DNA of 64,000 bases from Eledone cirrhosa (GCA_964016885.1 OZ024746.1:77438001-77502000), one strand, 5' to 3'. Counted from the first letter of the stretch, positions 1 through 12,385 are shown. Notes: generated by a model from the letters alone, not told the origin. Made by a program: numbers and translations.

Positions 1-619
1 TAAACAATATATATATCTTTAAATGTATGTGTGTATATATATCTGTATGCTTATCTTGAACTGTGCATGTGTGTGTGTGTGTATATATACACACACATAT
101 ATATACATAATGCATATATATATAATGCAAACCTATATATATATAATGTATGTTAACTGTTAAGTGTTTTCATGTTAGGTGCTGCTGCTTTTACTATTAC
201 TACTTCCACTACTACTGCCACTTTCTTAGACCACATTTATATATCTGTATTGTCACTTTATCATTATAATTATTCTTACCTTGTGATAATAATAGCTTGC
301 TTGTTGACACTGATTTTTCTACTATCAGTTCTTAAATAGGCAGGGAGTAGTATTGTAGGGGGAGAGGTGCTTTGTTTTGACATGGTTTCTTGAGATTTCT
401 GACCACAGGGTAGCTTTATACCAGTGAAAAGGTCATCACACACTTATTAAGTCATATAATTATACTTGAATAATCTGGGCTTTGGTTGTGAAAGATTCTC
501 TTCTTACACATTGTGTGGACTGGTGTCAATTTGATTATAATCAGTAAGGAGGAGAAGGGTGGGTGTGCGAGGAGGAAGGGGCAAAGAAATTCCTCACAAA
601 CAAAATGGTTGCATTAGAT

Positions 620-1915
620 ACATGATAAAATGCACCCAGCCAATAGCAGTAAAGTGGTAGTGCTGGATACATTATAAAATACACTCAGCCCATACTGTAA
701 AGTGGTAGTGCTGGATGGGTATATGATAAAATGTATCTAGCCCATATGGTAATGTGGAGCTGGTACCAAGATAAAATGCACCTAGTACATATTGTAAAGC
801 AATAGTGCTGGTGCCATGATAAAATGAACCCACTACATACTGTAAAGTGGTACTGCTGGTACCTAGATAACATGCACCCACTACATATTGTAAAGCAATA
901 GTGCTGGTGCCATGATAAAATGCACCCACTACATACTGTAAAGTGGTACTGCTGGTGCCATGATAAAATGCACCCACTACATACTGTAAAGTGGTACTGC
1001 TGGTGCCATGATAAAATGCACCCACTACATACTGTAAAGTGGTACTGCTGGTACCTAGATAACATGCACCCACTACATACTGTAAAGTGGTACTGCTGGT
1101 ACCTAGATAACATGCACCCACTACATACTGTAAAGTGGTACTGCTGGTACCTAGATAACATACACCCACTACATACTGTAAAGTGGTACTGCTGGTACCT
1201 AGATAAAATGAACCCACTACATACTGTAAAGTGGTACTGCTGGTACCTAGATAACATGCACCCACTACATACTGTAAAGTGGTACTGCTGGTACCTAGAT
1301 AACATGCACCCACTACATACTGTAAAGTGGTACTGCTGGTACCTAGATAACATGCACCCACTACATACTGTAAAGTGGTACTGCTGGTACCAAGATAAAA
1401 TGCACCTAGTACATACTGTAAAGTGGTACTGCTGGTACCTAGATAAAATGAACCCACTACATACTGTAAAGTGGTACTGCTGGTACCTAGATAACATGCA
1501 CCCACTACATACTGTAAAGTGGTACTGCTGGTACCTAGATAACATGCACCCACTACATACTGTAAAGTGGTACTGCTGGTACCTAGATAACATGCACCCA
1601 CTACATACTGTAAAGTGGTACTGCTGGTACCTAGATAACATGCACCCACTACATACTGTAAAGTGGTACTGCTGGTACCTAGATAACATGCACCCACTAC
1701 ATACTGTAAAGTGGTACTGCTGGTACCTAGATAACATGCACCCACTACATACTGTAAAGTGGTACTGTTGGTACCTAGATAAAATGAACCCACTACATAC
1801 TGTAAAGTGGTACTGCTGGTACCTAGATAAAATGAACCCACTACATACTGTAAAGTGGTACTGCTGGTACCTAGATAAAATGCACCTAGCTCATACTGTA
1901 AAGCATGTGCCATTG
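620..1915. repeat. 48-bp minisatellite, about 26 copies (ATGCACCCACTACATACTGTAAAGTGGTACTGCTGGTACCTAGATAAC), expanded inside an old SINE/LINE-derived element whose (GAT)n tail ends near 2172
   Basis: Direct periodicity of 48 bp (16-aa repeats in three ORF frames). Downstream 1985-2172 reads CACTGTGGTTGGCATTAGGAATGGCATTCAGCCGTAG...CATGGAAAATAGATGTAAAA...(GAT)n, matching the SINE-A / RTE-2 3' body. Confidence 0.93.
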
Positions 1916-2141
1916 TAAAATGCTCCTAGTTTATGCTGTAGAGTTGTAGTAGTATGGATGTCATGATGAAGTGTACCCAGTACTCACTGTGGTTGGCATT
2001 AGGAATGGCATTCAGCCGTAGGATCCATACCCTACTCCAGCTTGTATCAGCAGGACATGGACATCCGGCTTATCTATTCTAAGAGTGCGGCAACTCATTT
2101 TAATATATGCCATCATGGAAAATAGATGTAAAACAGTATGG

Positions 2142-2172
<31 letters not shown>

Positions 2173-2183
2173 AAACACTTTAA

Positions 2184-2378
2184 CCCTTTCATTACCATAT
2201 TTCGAATGAAAGACACTGCCTATAATTTTCAAACAATTTTCCAAGTAATCAAAACTTTGAAGAGATTTAGTAATATAACTGACTTTCACATTATTATGTG
2301 GGTGTTTTGAACGTAACAAAGGTTCTTACATAAAATTATGCTGGAAGGATTTCAGATAAATATAAACACTTTAAAACA
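2184..2378 (+). mobile_element. piggyBac-like MITE family 2, partial (other copies about 10500-10694, 16560-16665, 16820-16903, 51470-51870, 61027-61265, 63420-63657)
   Basis: Terminus TTAA|CCCTTTCATTACCATATTTC recurs in reverse complement (ATATGGTAATGAAAGGG|TTAA-like) at several loci. The copy at 61027-61265 has TTAA at both ends. Confidence 0.7.
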
Positions 2379-2554
2379 AGCATGTCCTTATGCACTCACT
2401 CAATTTACTTTACTTGGTGCTATCTTTAGATAACACAGCCATACACTTTTCTTCATGTACTTCAAAAATATTGACCTTTGGAGGTATTTATTTAATAATG
2501 GTTACCCATTAAACACTGCTACTTATCTTTACATTCCTGTACTTATGATATTTC

Positions 2555-3240
2555 TGCTATTGTTGCTGTTGTTGCTGTTGTTGATCTTGGTCTTGTTATG
2601 CATGGCAACAATGGTAGTGGTTTTAAACATGGTGATGATGGTAGTGAAGGTATTTGTGGGGTTTTTATTGGTGGTAGTGGTGGTATTGTTGGTGTTTTTA
2701 TTTGTGGTGGTGGTGGTGGTGGTGGTGGTGGTGTTGGTGGTGGTGTTGGTGGTGGTGTTGGTAGTATTGTTGGTGATGTTGCTGGTGTTGTTCTTATTGG
2801 TTGTGTTGGTGTTGGTGGTATTGCTGGTGTTATTATTGGTGGTGGAGGTATTGTTGGTGGTATTGTCGGTGGTGTTGCTGGTGTTGTTATTTGGGTAGGT
2901 GTTGGTGGTGGAGGTATTGTTGGTGGTATTGTCGGTGGTGTTGCTGGTGTTGTTATTTGGGTAGGTGTTGGTGGTGGTGGTATTGTTGGTGGTGTTGCTG
3001 GGGTTGTTATTTGGGTTGGTGGTGGTGGTGGTATTTGGGTTGGTGGTGGAGGTGTTGTTATTTGTGTTGTTGTTGTTGGTGGTGGTGGTATTGCTGGTGG
3101 TGGTGGTGGCATTGTTGGTGGTATTGCTGGTGGTGGTGTTGTTATTTGTGTTGTAGTTGAAGGTGGTAGTGATGATGTTGTTTTCTTGTTATGCCTAGCA
3201 ACAATGGGTGTGGTAGTGGTGATGGTGGTAGCCAGGTCAT
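2555..3240. repeat. (GGT/GTT)n-rich low-complexity tract with a 60-bp internal duplication
   Basis: Degenerate trinucleotide repeats giving poly-Gly/Val/Pro ORFs in several frames. Confidence 0.9.
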
Positions 3241-3454
3241 GGGTAGGTGGAGGTAGGGTGCAACTGTTGCACTCTATATCATATATTTAGCTATTGGGGT
3301 GGTTTATGTTGGTTGTTTGGTTGCTAGCCACACACACACACACACACACATTAATGCCCACACTCAAAGGAATGCAGTTATGGGTGCATGAACCATACAA
3401 CCCCTCTCCCTGTCATTATACATACATATTTGCATACATACATACATATATGCA

Positions 3455-3487
<33 letters not shown>

Positions 3488-4779
3488 GCATACATCTTCC
3501 AGTTTATGACATGTAATGTCCAACATATATTATTGATTTATTCTATTGCCCAACCAATAACCCCCATCATCCACACATCCACCCATCTACCTACTGATCT
3601 GGCAGACGAAACATTGGTAACTTTGCTGACAGCAAATATATGCTAGAATATTTTTTACATAATAATAATAATAATAATAATAATCTCCACACACAGTAAG
3701 TACCTAATAAAATAAAACAAGACTGAATTCACAGCAAATATATTCTACAAGATAAACAGTCAATAAAATAACACAACTCACAATACACATGCCATACACA
3801 AGAGAAGAAACTCTAAAATAACACAAGAGAAGAACAAACTAAACACCCCATAACAAAACATGACTGAACTCACCCCCACAAAAAAACACTCTGCTAGATT
3901 AATACCCTATATAATGACACAACACATAACCATACACAATTCAACAGACTCAAGAAATAGGTTGCTACATATATACTAAAACAACACTGGTGCAATACCC
4001 TAACAGGAGCTCGGGAGTGGGGGTGCGGTGGGGTTTATATACTCTCACACCAAAATATGAACATACTTTGCTGCACACACCTCAAGAACATAGAAGTGTG
4101 ACAGGTGATGCATTGGAAATTATAACTAAATTGAAATATAACCCCCCCCCCCCCCAAAAAAAAAATAAAGAAGGGGTATGAGATGAAGGGCTTGGGGGTG
4201 ATGGTGGCTGAATCATTTCTGTTTTCATCTGGTTATAAAGTCTTGTACTCTCAGTTGCTTCACGTCATGAAACCAAGATAAGCACTGGCCTAACGAGCTT
4301 TAACCCTTTACATTACTCTATATATACTATAGTATTTTCATAGTAAAGGCTTTAACTCACGTAATTAACTCATAAAATATTGAATCTATAAGATTTTTAT
4401 ATTATTGGTATGAGCAGCTGATTATGGCCGATTTGAGCAGAAAGAGGTGAGAGAATTCTGACCAGATAAGGCCAGTTTAAATGCTAAAGGCAACTGGCTG
4501 CTGAGAATTCCATAGATATGTGCACACTTAGTTCTTAGTGAGATTCAGCATATGATGGAGTGTGTGACAAGACTATAGTAGCAAACATTTGCTTGGAGTA
4601 CCACACATTAGGATGGAATCTGAGATGACATGGTTGCAAAGCAAACTTCTTAACCACACAGCCATGCCTGTATCTATCATGTCTGCATGTGTGCGTGCAC
4701 GGTGGGAGGGTATTATTTACCACTTATGCTTTCGAGCGAAAAGGGCTGCCTAAGGCTATAGTAGAAGACACTTGCTTAA

Positions 4780-4987
4780 CCCTTTAGCAGTTAAACCAGG
4801 TGTATCTGACCAGATTTCTCTCATCTCTTTCTGTTCAAACTGGCCGTAACTGGTCACTCATACTAATGTTAAGGTATTGTTCTCAAAACAAATAATATCA
4901 AAATCTCATAGATTCGATATTATGTGAGATAAAGTCTTTACCATGAAAATATAATAGTATATATAGAGTAATGTAAATGCTAAAGGG
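4780..4987 (-). mobile_element. piggyBac-like MITE family 1, full length, inserted in a SINE
   Basis: TTAA|CCCTTTAGCAGTTA ... TAAATGCTAAAGGG|TTAA. Removing it rejoins GAAGACACTTGC-TTAA-GGTG of the host SINE. Confidence 0.85.
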
Positions 4988-5854
4988 TTAAGGTGTTGTG
5001 TAGCAGGACTGAACTCAGGACCACGTGGCTGTAAATGGAACTCTTTAACCATTGCCTGTCAGTTGGGTTGTTGATTTCTCTTGTTCTTTTCTCTTTCCAC
5101 CAATTTTTATTGTCTTTCTTTTTATTTACGTTTCTCTTTATATTTATCTTATTGTTATTATTATTATTAATAATAATATTATTACTATTACTATTAGTTG
5201 TTATTATATGTATGTTTCTCCTTTCCCTAATATGTTTGCAAAATAATTAATAGCTGTAATTTTGCATCAGTAATAATAATAATTTTCTGTATCTATTATT
5301 GATATAGAAAAAAATGATTATTATCATTATCATAAATGAAAAGTTAAAGCTATTAATTGCTTTTCCAAAAAAAACAAAAAAACAAAACAACACCTAACAA
5401 TTAAATAAATGAATAATTAAAAGAAAATAATAAACAAAGGAAAAAAAAGAAGAAAGAAAGTGAATGGGAGAGAAGAGAAAAGAATAACAAATGATATTAT
5501 TTATTTTCCAATCTTTTGCCATTTCAGAGGAGAGAGAGATAGAGAGAAGTGTATGGTGGTGGTGGTGGGAAATAAAATAATGTGAAAAACTAGATAAAGC
5601 TGTTTGTTGGTTTGTAGACATTTTTAGAGAACAGAATTAACAAGTTGCCAGTTTTTTTATTTTATTTTATTTTGTGTTTTTCTTTTTGTTGTTGACTTAA
5701 GCAAACTTTAGATATTGACACATTGAAATCAGATTAAATAGAAAATGTCAATAGTAAAAGCAAAAGATAGCCATATATATACATGTGTATTTGTGCATAT
5801 ATATATGTATGTATATATATCATCATCATCATTTTAAGTCCGCTTTTCCCTGCT

Positions 5855-5935
<81 letters not shown>

Positions 5936-6399
5936 TCATATATATATATATATATATATATATACTTACTCACTTGAATGCATACATACCTATATATAGA
6001 GAGATAGATGTGTATATATATATATATATATATAAAGTACTTACACAGGCATATTATGTATATATGTATGTACTTATATATATTCATACACACATTGAAG
6101 TGTCTTGCATGTTTGTTGCAAGTAGTTCCAGAATGACATACTAAAATGGTCAGTGAACCCCCATCTGTCTCTTTCTCTCCCTTTATATATATATATATTT
6201 AATCATCATCCTCATCACCATTAATGTCCATCTTTCCATGCTTGTGTGTGTGTGTATATATATATAAATATATATATATATATAAATATTGGTTGTGTTG
6301 TTATTTCTGTTTACCCTTTACATATATATATATATATAGATATATATAAATATATATGTACGTATATATATATATATACACACACACATATATATATAT

Positions 6400-6900
6400 A
6401 TTGATCTAGATGAAATGCAGTTCGGGTTTGTGTCAGGTAAAAGTACCACAGACGCTCTTTTCATTGTACGACAACTACAGGAGTAGTACCTAGCTAAAAG
6501 TAAACCCCTATACTTAGCTTTTGTTGACTTGGAGAAAGCCTTTGACAGAGTCCCCCGCTCCATTATCTGGTGGGCTCTTAGAAAACTAGGTGTTGATGAA
6601 TGGCTTGTGAGAGCTATACAATCCATGTATAAAGAAACAGTCAGCAAGGTTAGAATTAACAACGAATATAGTGAAGAGTTTAGCGTAAAAGTTGGTGTTC
6701 ATCAGGGCTCCGTTCTTAGCCCCCTACTATTTATTATTGCCCTTCAGGCTATAAAGAGGAGTTCAAGACCGGCTGCCCATGGGAACTCCTATACGCAGAT
6801 GATCTAACGCTCATAGCTGAATCAATGGCCGAACTAGAGAAGAAATTCCAAACATGGAAGCATGGCCTAGAATCAAAAGGCCTTAAAATTAACCTTGCTT
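6400..6900 (+). pseudogene. RTE-clade LINE reverse transcriptase fragment (stop and frameshift)
   Basis: Translates to DEMQFGFVSGKSTTDALF..LAFVDLEKAFDRVPR..GVHQGSVLSPLLF..(frameshift)CPWELLYADDL..GLKINLA. Confidence 0.93.
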
Positions 6901-6912
6901 AAGTACAAAGCG

Positions 6913-7314
6913 CCTAAAGGCACTTGTGATCCTGGCCTTCAGATCGTCTTTTGTATTGCAGCTAGATCTGTTGGTGTCTCGTTCCACTGCGCTTCACACA
7001 AAGAAGTCGAGGGGGTTGCAGTCAGGCGAGCTGGGAGGCCAGATGTCAGGTGAAGTGTGGTCGACGAAGTTCTCTGATAGCCAGGCTTGGGTCTTTCGGC
7101 TGGTATGGCAGGGTGCTGAGTCTCGCTGCCACACGTACGGCCTACCTGCAGCTACCTGGTCGATCCAGGGCTTTACTACCTCGCTCAGAACGCAGATGTA
7201 GCCATCGGTGTTCAGCTTGAGTCACTGTTTTATGAAGACAAGAGTGACAACGGAAGTAAAAAAAATTTGCATAAAATTAGCAGTTGAATATTGTGAACAA
7301 ATATCATCCACACC

Positions 7315-7317
<3 letters not shown>
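6913..7317 (-). mobile_element. Tc1/mariner-superfamily DD37D (maT) transposon remnant, internally deleted, one terminus retained
   Basis: Minus-strand translation from 7221: LKLNTDGYICVLSEVVKPWIDQVAAGRPYVWQRDSAPCHTSRKTQAWLSENFVDHTSPDIWPPSSPDCNPLDFFV*, with 37 residues between the last two catalytic Asp. Terminus TA|CAGGGTGTGGATGAT at 7317. Confidence 0.88.
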
Positions 7318-7361
<44 letters not shown>

Positions 7362-7768
7362 ATAATATGTTAAACATTGATGATCACACACACACACACA
7401 CATCATCATCATCATCATCATCATATAACGTACACCTTTCATGCTCGCATGGTTTACATATGCATGCACACGTGCAAACCCCCTCATATATATAATTCTT
7501 TTGCAGTACACTGAGGTGTTCATAAGAACAATAGCAACATTAATTAAGCTTTGCAGTTAAACCATTTGATTACCGTTTCACCACCTCGCAGCCTTCCCAA
7601 AAGTTCTAAGAAGATTATGGTTCCAAACACTACTGTCACCAATATGGTATTACTCTTAACGATGTTGTATAGCCTATCTTTCTTTACGATTATATCGGAA
7701 CACATATATGGTGGTGTTAGGATTTGATACCCAAATGAAAGATTTCTGTTCATTATTTAGTATTGTGG

Positions 7769-8141
7769 TGGATTGGCAGTATCAGTAGAGGGTCAGACAC
7801 CATGCTTAACAGCATAGAGTTACCTCCCTTTATGATCTGAGTTCAAATCCCGCCGAAGTTAACTTTGCCTTTCATCCTTACGGGGTCGATAAAATAAAGT
7901 ACCAGTAATGCACCGGGATAATTGCTGGCCTTGTGCCTAAAGTAGAAACAATTATTTTGTATTGTGGATTGGCAGTATCGGTAGAGAGTCAGACGCCATG
8001 CTTTCCAGTATAGTTACGTCCCTTTACGGTCTGAGTTCAAATCCCGCCGAGGTTAACTTTTCCTTTCATTCTTACGGAGTCGATATTCCCACTTCAAATT
8101 GCTTCAAATTGCTGGCCTTGTGCCTCAAGTAGAAACAATTA
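7769..8141 (+). mobile_element. Two head-to-tail copies of SINE family B (TTTGCCTTTCATCCTTACGGGGTCGATAAAATAAAGTACC core, ATT tail)
   Basis: B-box-like GAGTTCAAATCC, conserved core, AGTAGAAACAATTATT end; many other copies in the window. Confidence 0.85.
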
Positions 8142-8294
8142 TCAAAGAGAAGTCTAATGAAGACATCATTCTTAAAGTTTTGAACCACCATGAATCCCCA
8201 TTAGCAAGGCATGCATGAAAAAGTACAAAACAGCACTATGACTAACTGCATCACATTAGAAATTTTAAAGTCTTTATTTTAATTTTCTGTCTAC

Positions 8295-8600
8295 CACTGT
8301 AAAGTGGTAGTGCTGGTGTCTCAATAAAATGCACCAAGTCCACTCTGTAAAGTGGTAGTACTAGTGCCATTATAAAATGCACTTAGTTCATTCTGTAAAG
8401 TGGTAGTGCTGGTGCCATGAAAAGATGTACCCACTACACTGTTAGGTGGTTGGTGTTAGGAAGGGCATCCAACTGTAGAAATCATCCCAAATATAGAATG
8501 TTTGAGGAAGATATGGTCACCTCAGAATGTGACAACCTGTCCAACCCGTGCCAGTTTGGAAAGCTGATGATAAAATGATGACAATGATAATGATGATGAT
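8295..8600 (+). mobile_element. Old SINE-A/RTE-related 3' element with about 3 copies of the ~48-bp subunit and a (GAT)n tail
   Basis: CACTGTAAAGTGGTAGTGCTGGTG repeats, then GGTTGGTGTTAGGAAGGGCATCC and tail. Confidence 0.7.
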
Positions 8601-10151
8601 GGTCGTTAAAGGATATATGGAAACACTGTATCGTTGTGACTGGAATGCTTCTGACCTTAGGTCTACCCAGTTGGGGGCCGAGTTCTGCTAAATAACAGCA
8701 ACAACAACAAAACAGAATAGTACATTTGTTTATCTTTTACTATTCTCTATTGTCTGAGTTTAAATGTTTGTAACTAATTATTTATTGATAGAAATTTCTA
8801 GATCATTTAAATGGTGCATTCTCTTGAGAACAATGTTGTCTCTGCAGTATAACTCTTTGGATAGATAGATGGGCAGTGGGGTGGCTGGTGCACTGATAAA
8901 AGCTGGGTATGATAAAGTGATATATAGGAAGTGGCATATCCCCCCCCCCCCCCCCCCCCCAAATCACCATCCTTCTTACCATTGTTATTGCCACTATCAG
9001 CATTTTTATGCTGGCTTTTCCATGCTACCATGGGTTGGATGTGACTTTTCTAAGGCAGTTTTTCTACAGCCAGATGCTGAGCCTTACTGTTATAAGTAGG
9101 GTATATACTGCTAGTCTTTATCAAAGTGTTATATTAAATTTTATCTATTTGAATTGAAATCTGCCAACGTAATTTCATTTAAATGCCATATGTTAAGTTA
9201 TTATGTTAGTAATGAAATAATTAATCTTAGTAAATCACTGAAAATTCTTCATAAATTAACTGAAGTAGTGTATTTCATTAGAAATATGATTAAAAGAGGC
9301 TTAAATCAACATCCTGTAATGATTTAGTAGAAAATACCTAAAAACAGGTTTCTTAATTTAAATGTTTATTGTGTCATATTGTGGACAGATGTTTGTAACA
9401 ATTTGCATTATTTGAGTAAAAACTTACATTTTTAAGGTGATGCTATCATTTTTTCAAGTACAATTAATGTATTATCATGTGGTATTAGACATTAAAAGTT
9501 AAAACATTCCTCAAATGTTTCATTATATTTATTTGCTGCTGGTTTTATACTGGAAGCAGCTTTAATAAGATTCTAATAGGAATGTCTCTTTTGCAATTCT
9601 AAGATATTGACTTCTTGCCGCTAATTGTATTACTTTCGTCTTTATTTTAATCTGCAACTATAACCGTATTTCAGTCCATGTAGACCAGAGAGGAATTTAT
9701 TTCATCTTATCTATTATGAGGATAAGTGTGACTAGTAAGCACAAAAGGATGTGGAATTATGCTAAATCTCTCTAAATTGATTTACAGTAATATCTCTCAA
9801 TGATTTTTGTATTTATATGCACGTTATGGCGAGAGAGCGAGAGCGTGGGGGAGGAATAATAAAGAAACGGGTTATGGTGGTGGCGGTGGTCATTGTGAGA
9901 GTGGAACCACAACCATTTATTTATCAAAGTCTCAAATGAGATAATTCCAATATGAAAGGAAATGAAGAGAAATTAATTATAGCGAATTCTTAGTAATGGT
10001 TGTATTGGGTTTTATTGTAATATCTGTAATATCTTCAACTTATACACATCTTCTTCAGAAATTAGGAAACAAAGAAAAAAATTATAAATTTATTTTGAAA
10101 CATTTTCTACTATAACTACAACAAGCATTGGTACTCCAAGCACTAGCTTAA

Positions 10152-10354
10152 CCCTTTAGCATTTACAGTACTCTATATTTACTATTATATTTTCACAGTA
10201 ATTATCTCATATAATATTGAATCTATGAGATTTCAGTATTATTTATTTTGAGAATAATACCGTAACATTAGTATGAGTGGTCAGTTATAACAAGTTTGAA
10301 CCGAAAGAGGTGAGAGAATTCTGGCTGGATATGACCGGTTTAAATGTTAAAGGG
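10152..10354 (+). mobile_element. piggyBac-like MITE family 1, full length (others 4304-4490, 17089-17280, 30621-30820, 41995-42211, 57513-57733)
   Basis: TTAA|CCCTTTAGCATTTA ... TAAATGTTAAAGGG|TTAA; internal sequence shared among copies. Confidence 0.88.
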
Positions 10355-11369
10355 TTAATAAGGAAAATGTTATGTCACTCCAAAGTCTTGATTATTTTCA
10401 TATTTATTTGAAAATCATAAGCAGTGTGTTTTATTAAAAATATTGTAATGAAACAAAAATAGTTTTAAAGCTTTCATTAGATATATAGTAATGAACTAGA
10501 TTATAATGTTTATATTTGTCTAAAAACTTTCCTTCATAATTTTCTTGTTAGAATCTTTTAAGTTTTGCTCAAAACACCAACTTAATAAATAAAGCAAACT
10601 TGTATTGCTAAATCCCTCAAAGTTCTCAATTATTTTCAAAGCTATTTGAAAATCATAGGCAGTGTCTTTCATTAAAAATATGCTGATGAAAGGGTTAAAC
10701 ACCAACAAAATCAAAGGAATATTATAAACGACATACTAATAAATTCCAGGTTTAACAAATTGAATTGTTTAAAAGACAAAAAAGAATTTAAAACAAACTT
10801 GTTTAATATTAATAATTTAATTTGTTTTGTTAAGAAAACATCTGGATTACAAATTGTAAATTTATTATCCCCTCCCCACCACTTTATTTATCTACCTCTC
10901 TTTCTAACTATCTATCTATATTTATCTCTCTAAATATTTATCTACCTATATTTATTTATTTATCTATCTATCTATCTCCCTCTCTGAGGTTGGTGATAGG
11001 AAAGGTATCCAATTATAGAACACCTGCTAAATGGACGCGAGGACTCTTCAGCTATGTCAAATACATGACAATCTCCTTAGTGCTGGGGCTGTGACAAAGT
11101 GCACCAAGTATACTTTGTAGACTGTGGCAACATATGTAAGTGAGAAACCATTCCTTGGTCCATCTGAGTGGTCAGTAGTTTTGATTATGTAGTGACTTGG
11201 TCAGTTATGGCTCATCCAGCTCTTGCCAGCAGGGGAAAAGGACATTAATTGGTGATGATAAGGATGATGAGGGGTGTACACAATAAAAGAGGAAGGGTAC
11301 CTAACTGTAAAGCACTCTCTTAAAAGTCCTGTCTAACCTATACCAGCATGGAAACGTTTATGTAAAAAT

Positions 11370-11419
<50 letters not shown>

Positions 11420-11424
<5 letters not shown>

Positions 11425-11630
11425 TCAGCTGGCAAAATTGAGTTGTGCCTGTAATTTGAAGGGCCGGCCTTGTCACATTCTGTGTCACGCTGAATCTCTC
11501 TGAGAACCACTTTAAGGGTAGGCGTGTCTGTAGAATGCTCAGCCACTTGCACGTTAATTTCATGAGCAGGCGGTTCTGTTGATCGGATCAACTGGAACAC
11601 TCGTCGTCATAACTGACGGAGTGCTAGCAT
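11420..11630 (+). mobile_element. Interspersed repeat family D, SINE-like 3' body (also about 15290-15450, 45845-46035, 57255-57330)
   Basis: Shared TTAAGGGTA..GTCTGTAGAATGCTCAGCCACTTGCACGTTAATTTCATGAGCAGGC.GTTCTGTTGATCGGATCAACTGGAACAC at several loci. Confidence 0.7.
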
Positions 11631-11632
11631 TT

Positions 11633-11693
<61 letters not shown>

Positions 11694-11694
<1 letters not shown>

Positions 11695-12255
11695 CCTGTC
11701 CCATGGTCGGGTAGTTGGCGACTAAACTGGCAACCCCACCAAGGTTTCTTGGTGAGGAGGGTGACTTTGGACATCCTGCAGGACTAAAAACAAAACCTGT
11801 CAAAGGGCAAAGGAGCTCTTAAGAGTCAATGGCCATCCAAAATCACCGGGAGAGATGACCCCTTAGCCTTTGTCAAGGCAGAATTCTAGGAGAAGGAAAA
11901 CTCTGATATAACACCTGCAACCCTGATGGTATCCAATGATGTTGACTTGTCCTTCTTTTTGGTAAATATCATCTTGGTTAAGAGAGTGGGACTGGCTTTG
12001 TGCAGTGCCTTTGCTCATTATAAAAGCTTCACGGCACAGGCATTGCTTTATATCTGGAGATCTCTCTGCACTTGTCATCACATGGTACCATGGGCCAGCA
12101 CTATGTGTCAATAATTGTCACAAGTGTAGTGTTTGTACCAGAGTTTTCAAGTCGTTGGCTGGACTAAAAAGTCACACTTGTCCAGCACATCGGTAGGGGT
12201 TCTCCTACATGGATATAAAGTAGTGGCCGTACTCGAAAACGAGTTGGCAGCCACC
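11694..12255 (+). mobile_element. Internally deleted RTE (BovB-like) LINE: 5'-UTR-like segment joined to a C-terminal zinc finger and 3' end
   Basis: CTAGGAGAAGGAAAACTCTGA motif recalled from RTE 5' UTRs; ORF 12005-12196 ends CSVCTRVFKSLAGLKSH...HR*, a C2H2-like finger as at RTE-BovB ORF C-termini; flanked by (TA)n. Confidence 0.55.
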
Positions 12256-12347
12256 ATATATATATATTGCATGTATCCATCTGTTTGTATGTGTCTGCAC
12301 ACACACACACACACTCACACTCACACTCACACACACACACACACACA

Positions 12348-12385
<38 letters not shown>

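Noticed and set aside
672-1918. Three long ORFs (332-413 aa) and a CRISPR-like regular repeat
   Set aside because: A 48-bp unit is a multiple of 3 and stop-free in several frames; there are no unique spacers and no cas genes.
2455-3290. Gly-rich or Pro-rich structural-protein-like ORFs
   Set aside because: Open in multiple frames on both strands; a GGT/GTT low-complexity tract without supportable gene structure.
7544-7753. Unique-looking sequence with short ORFs on both strands
   Set aside because: No recognisable motif or convincing splice pair.
8564-8580. CTGATGA matches here and at about 10683, 54817 and 63854 as hammerheads
   Set aside because: No stem II, GAAA or stem I partner.
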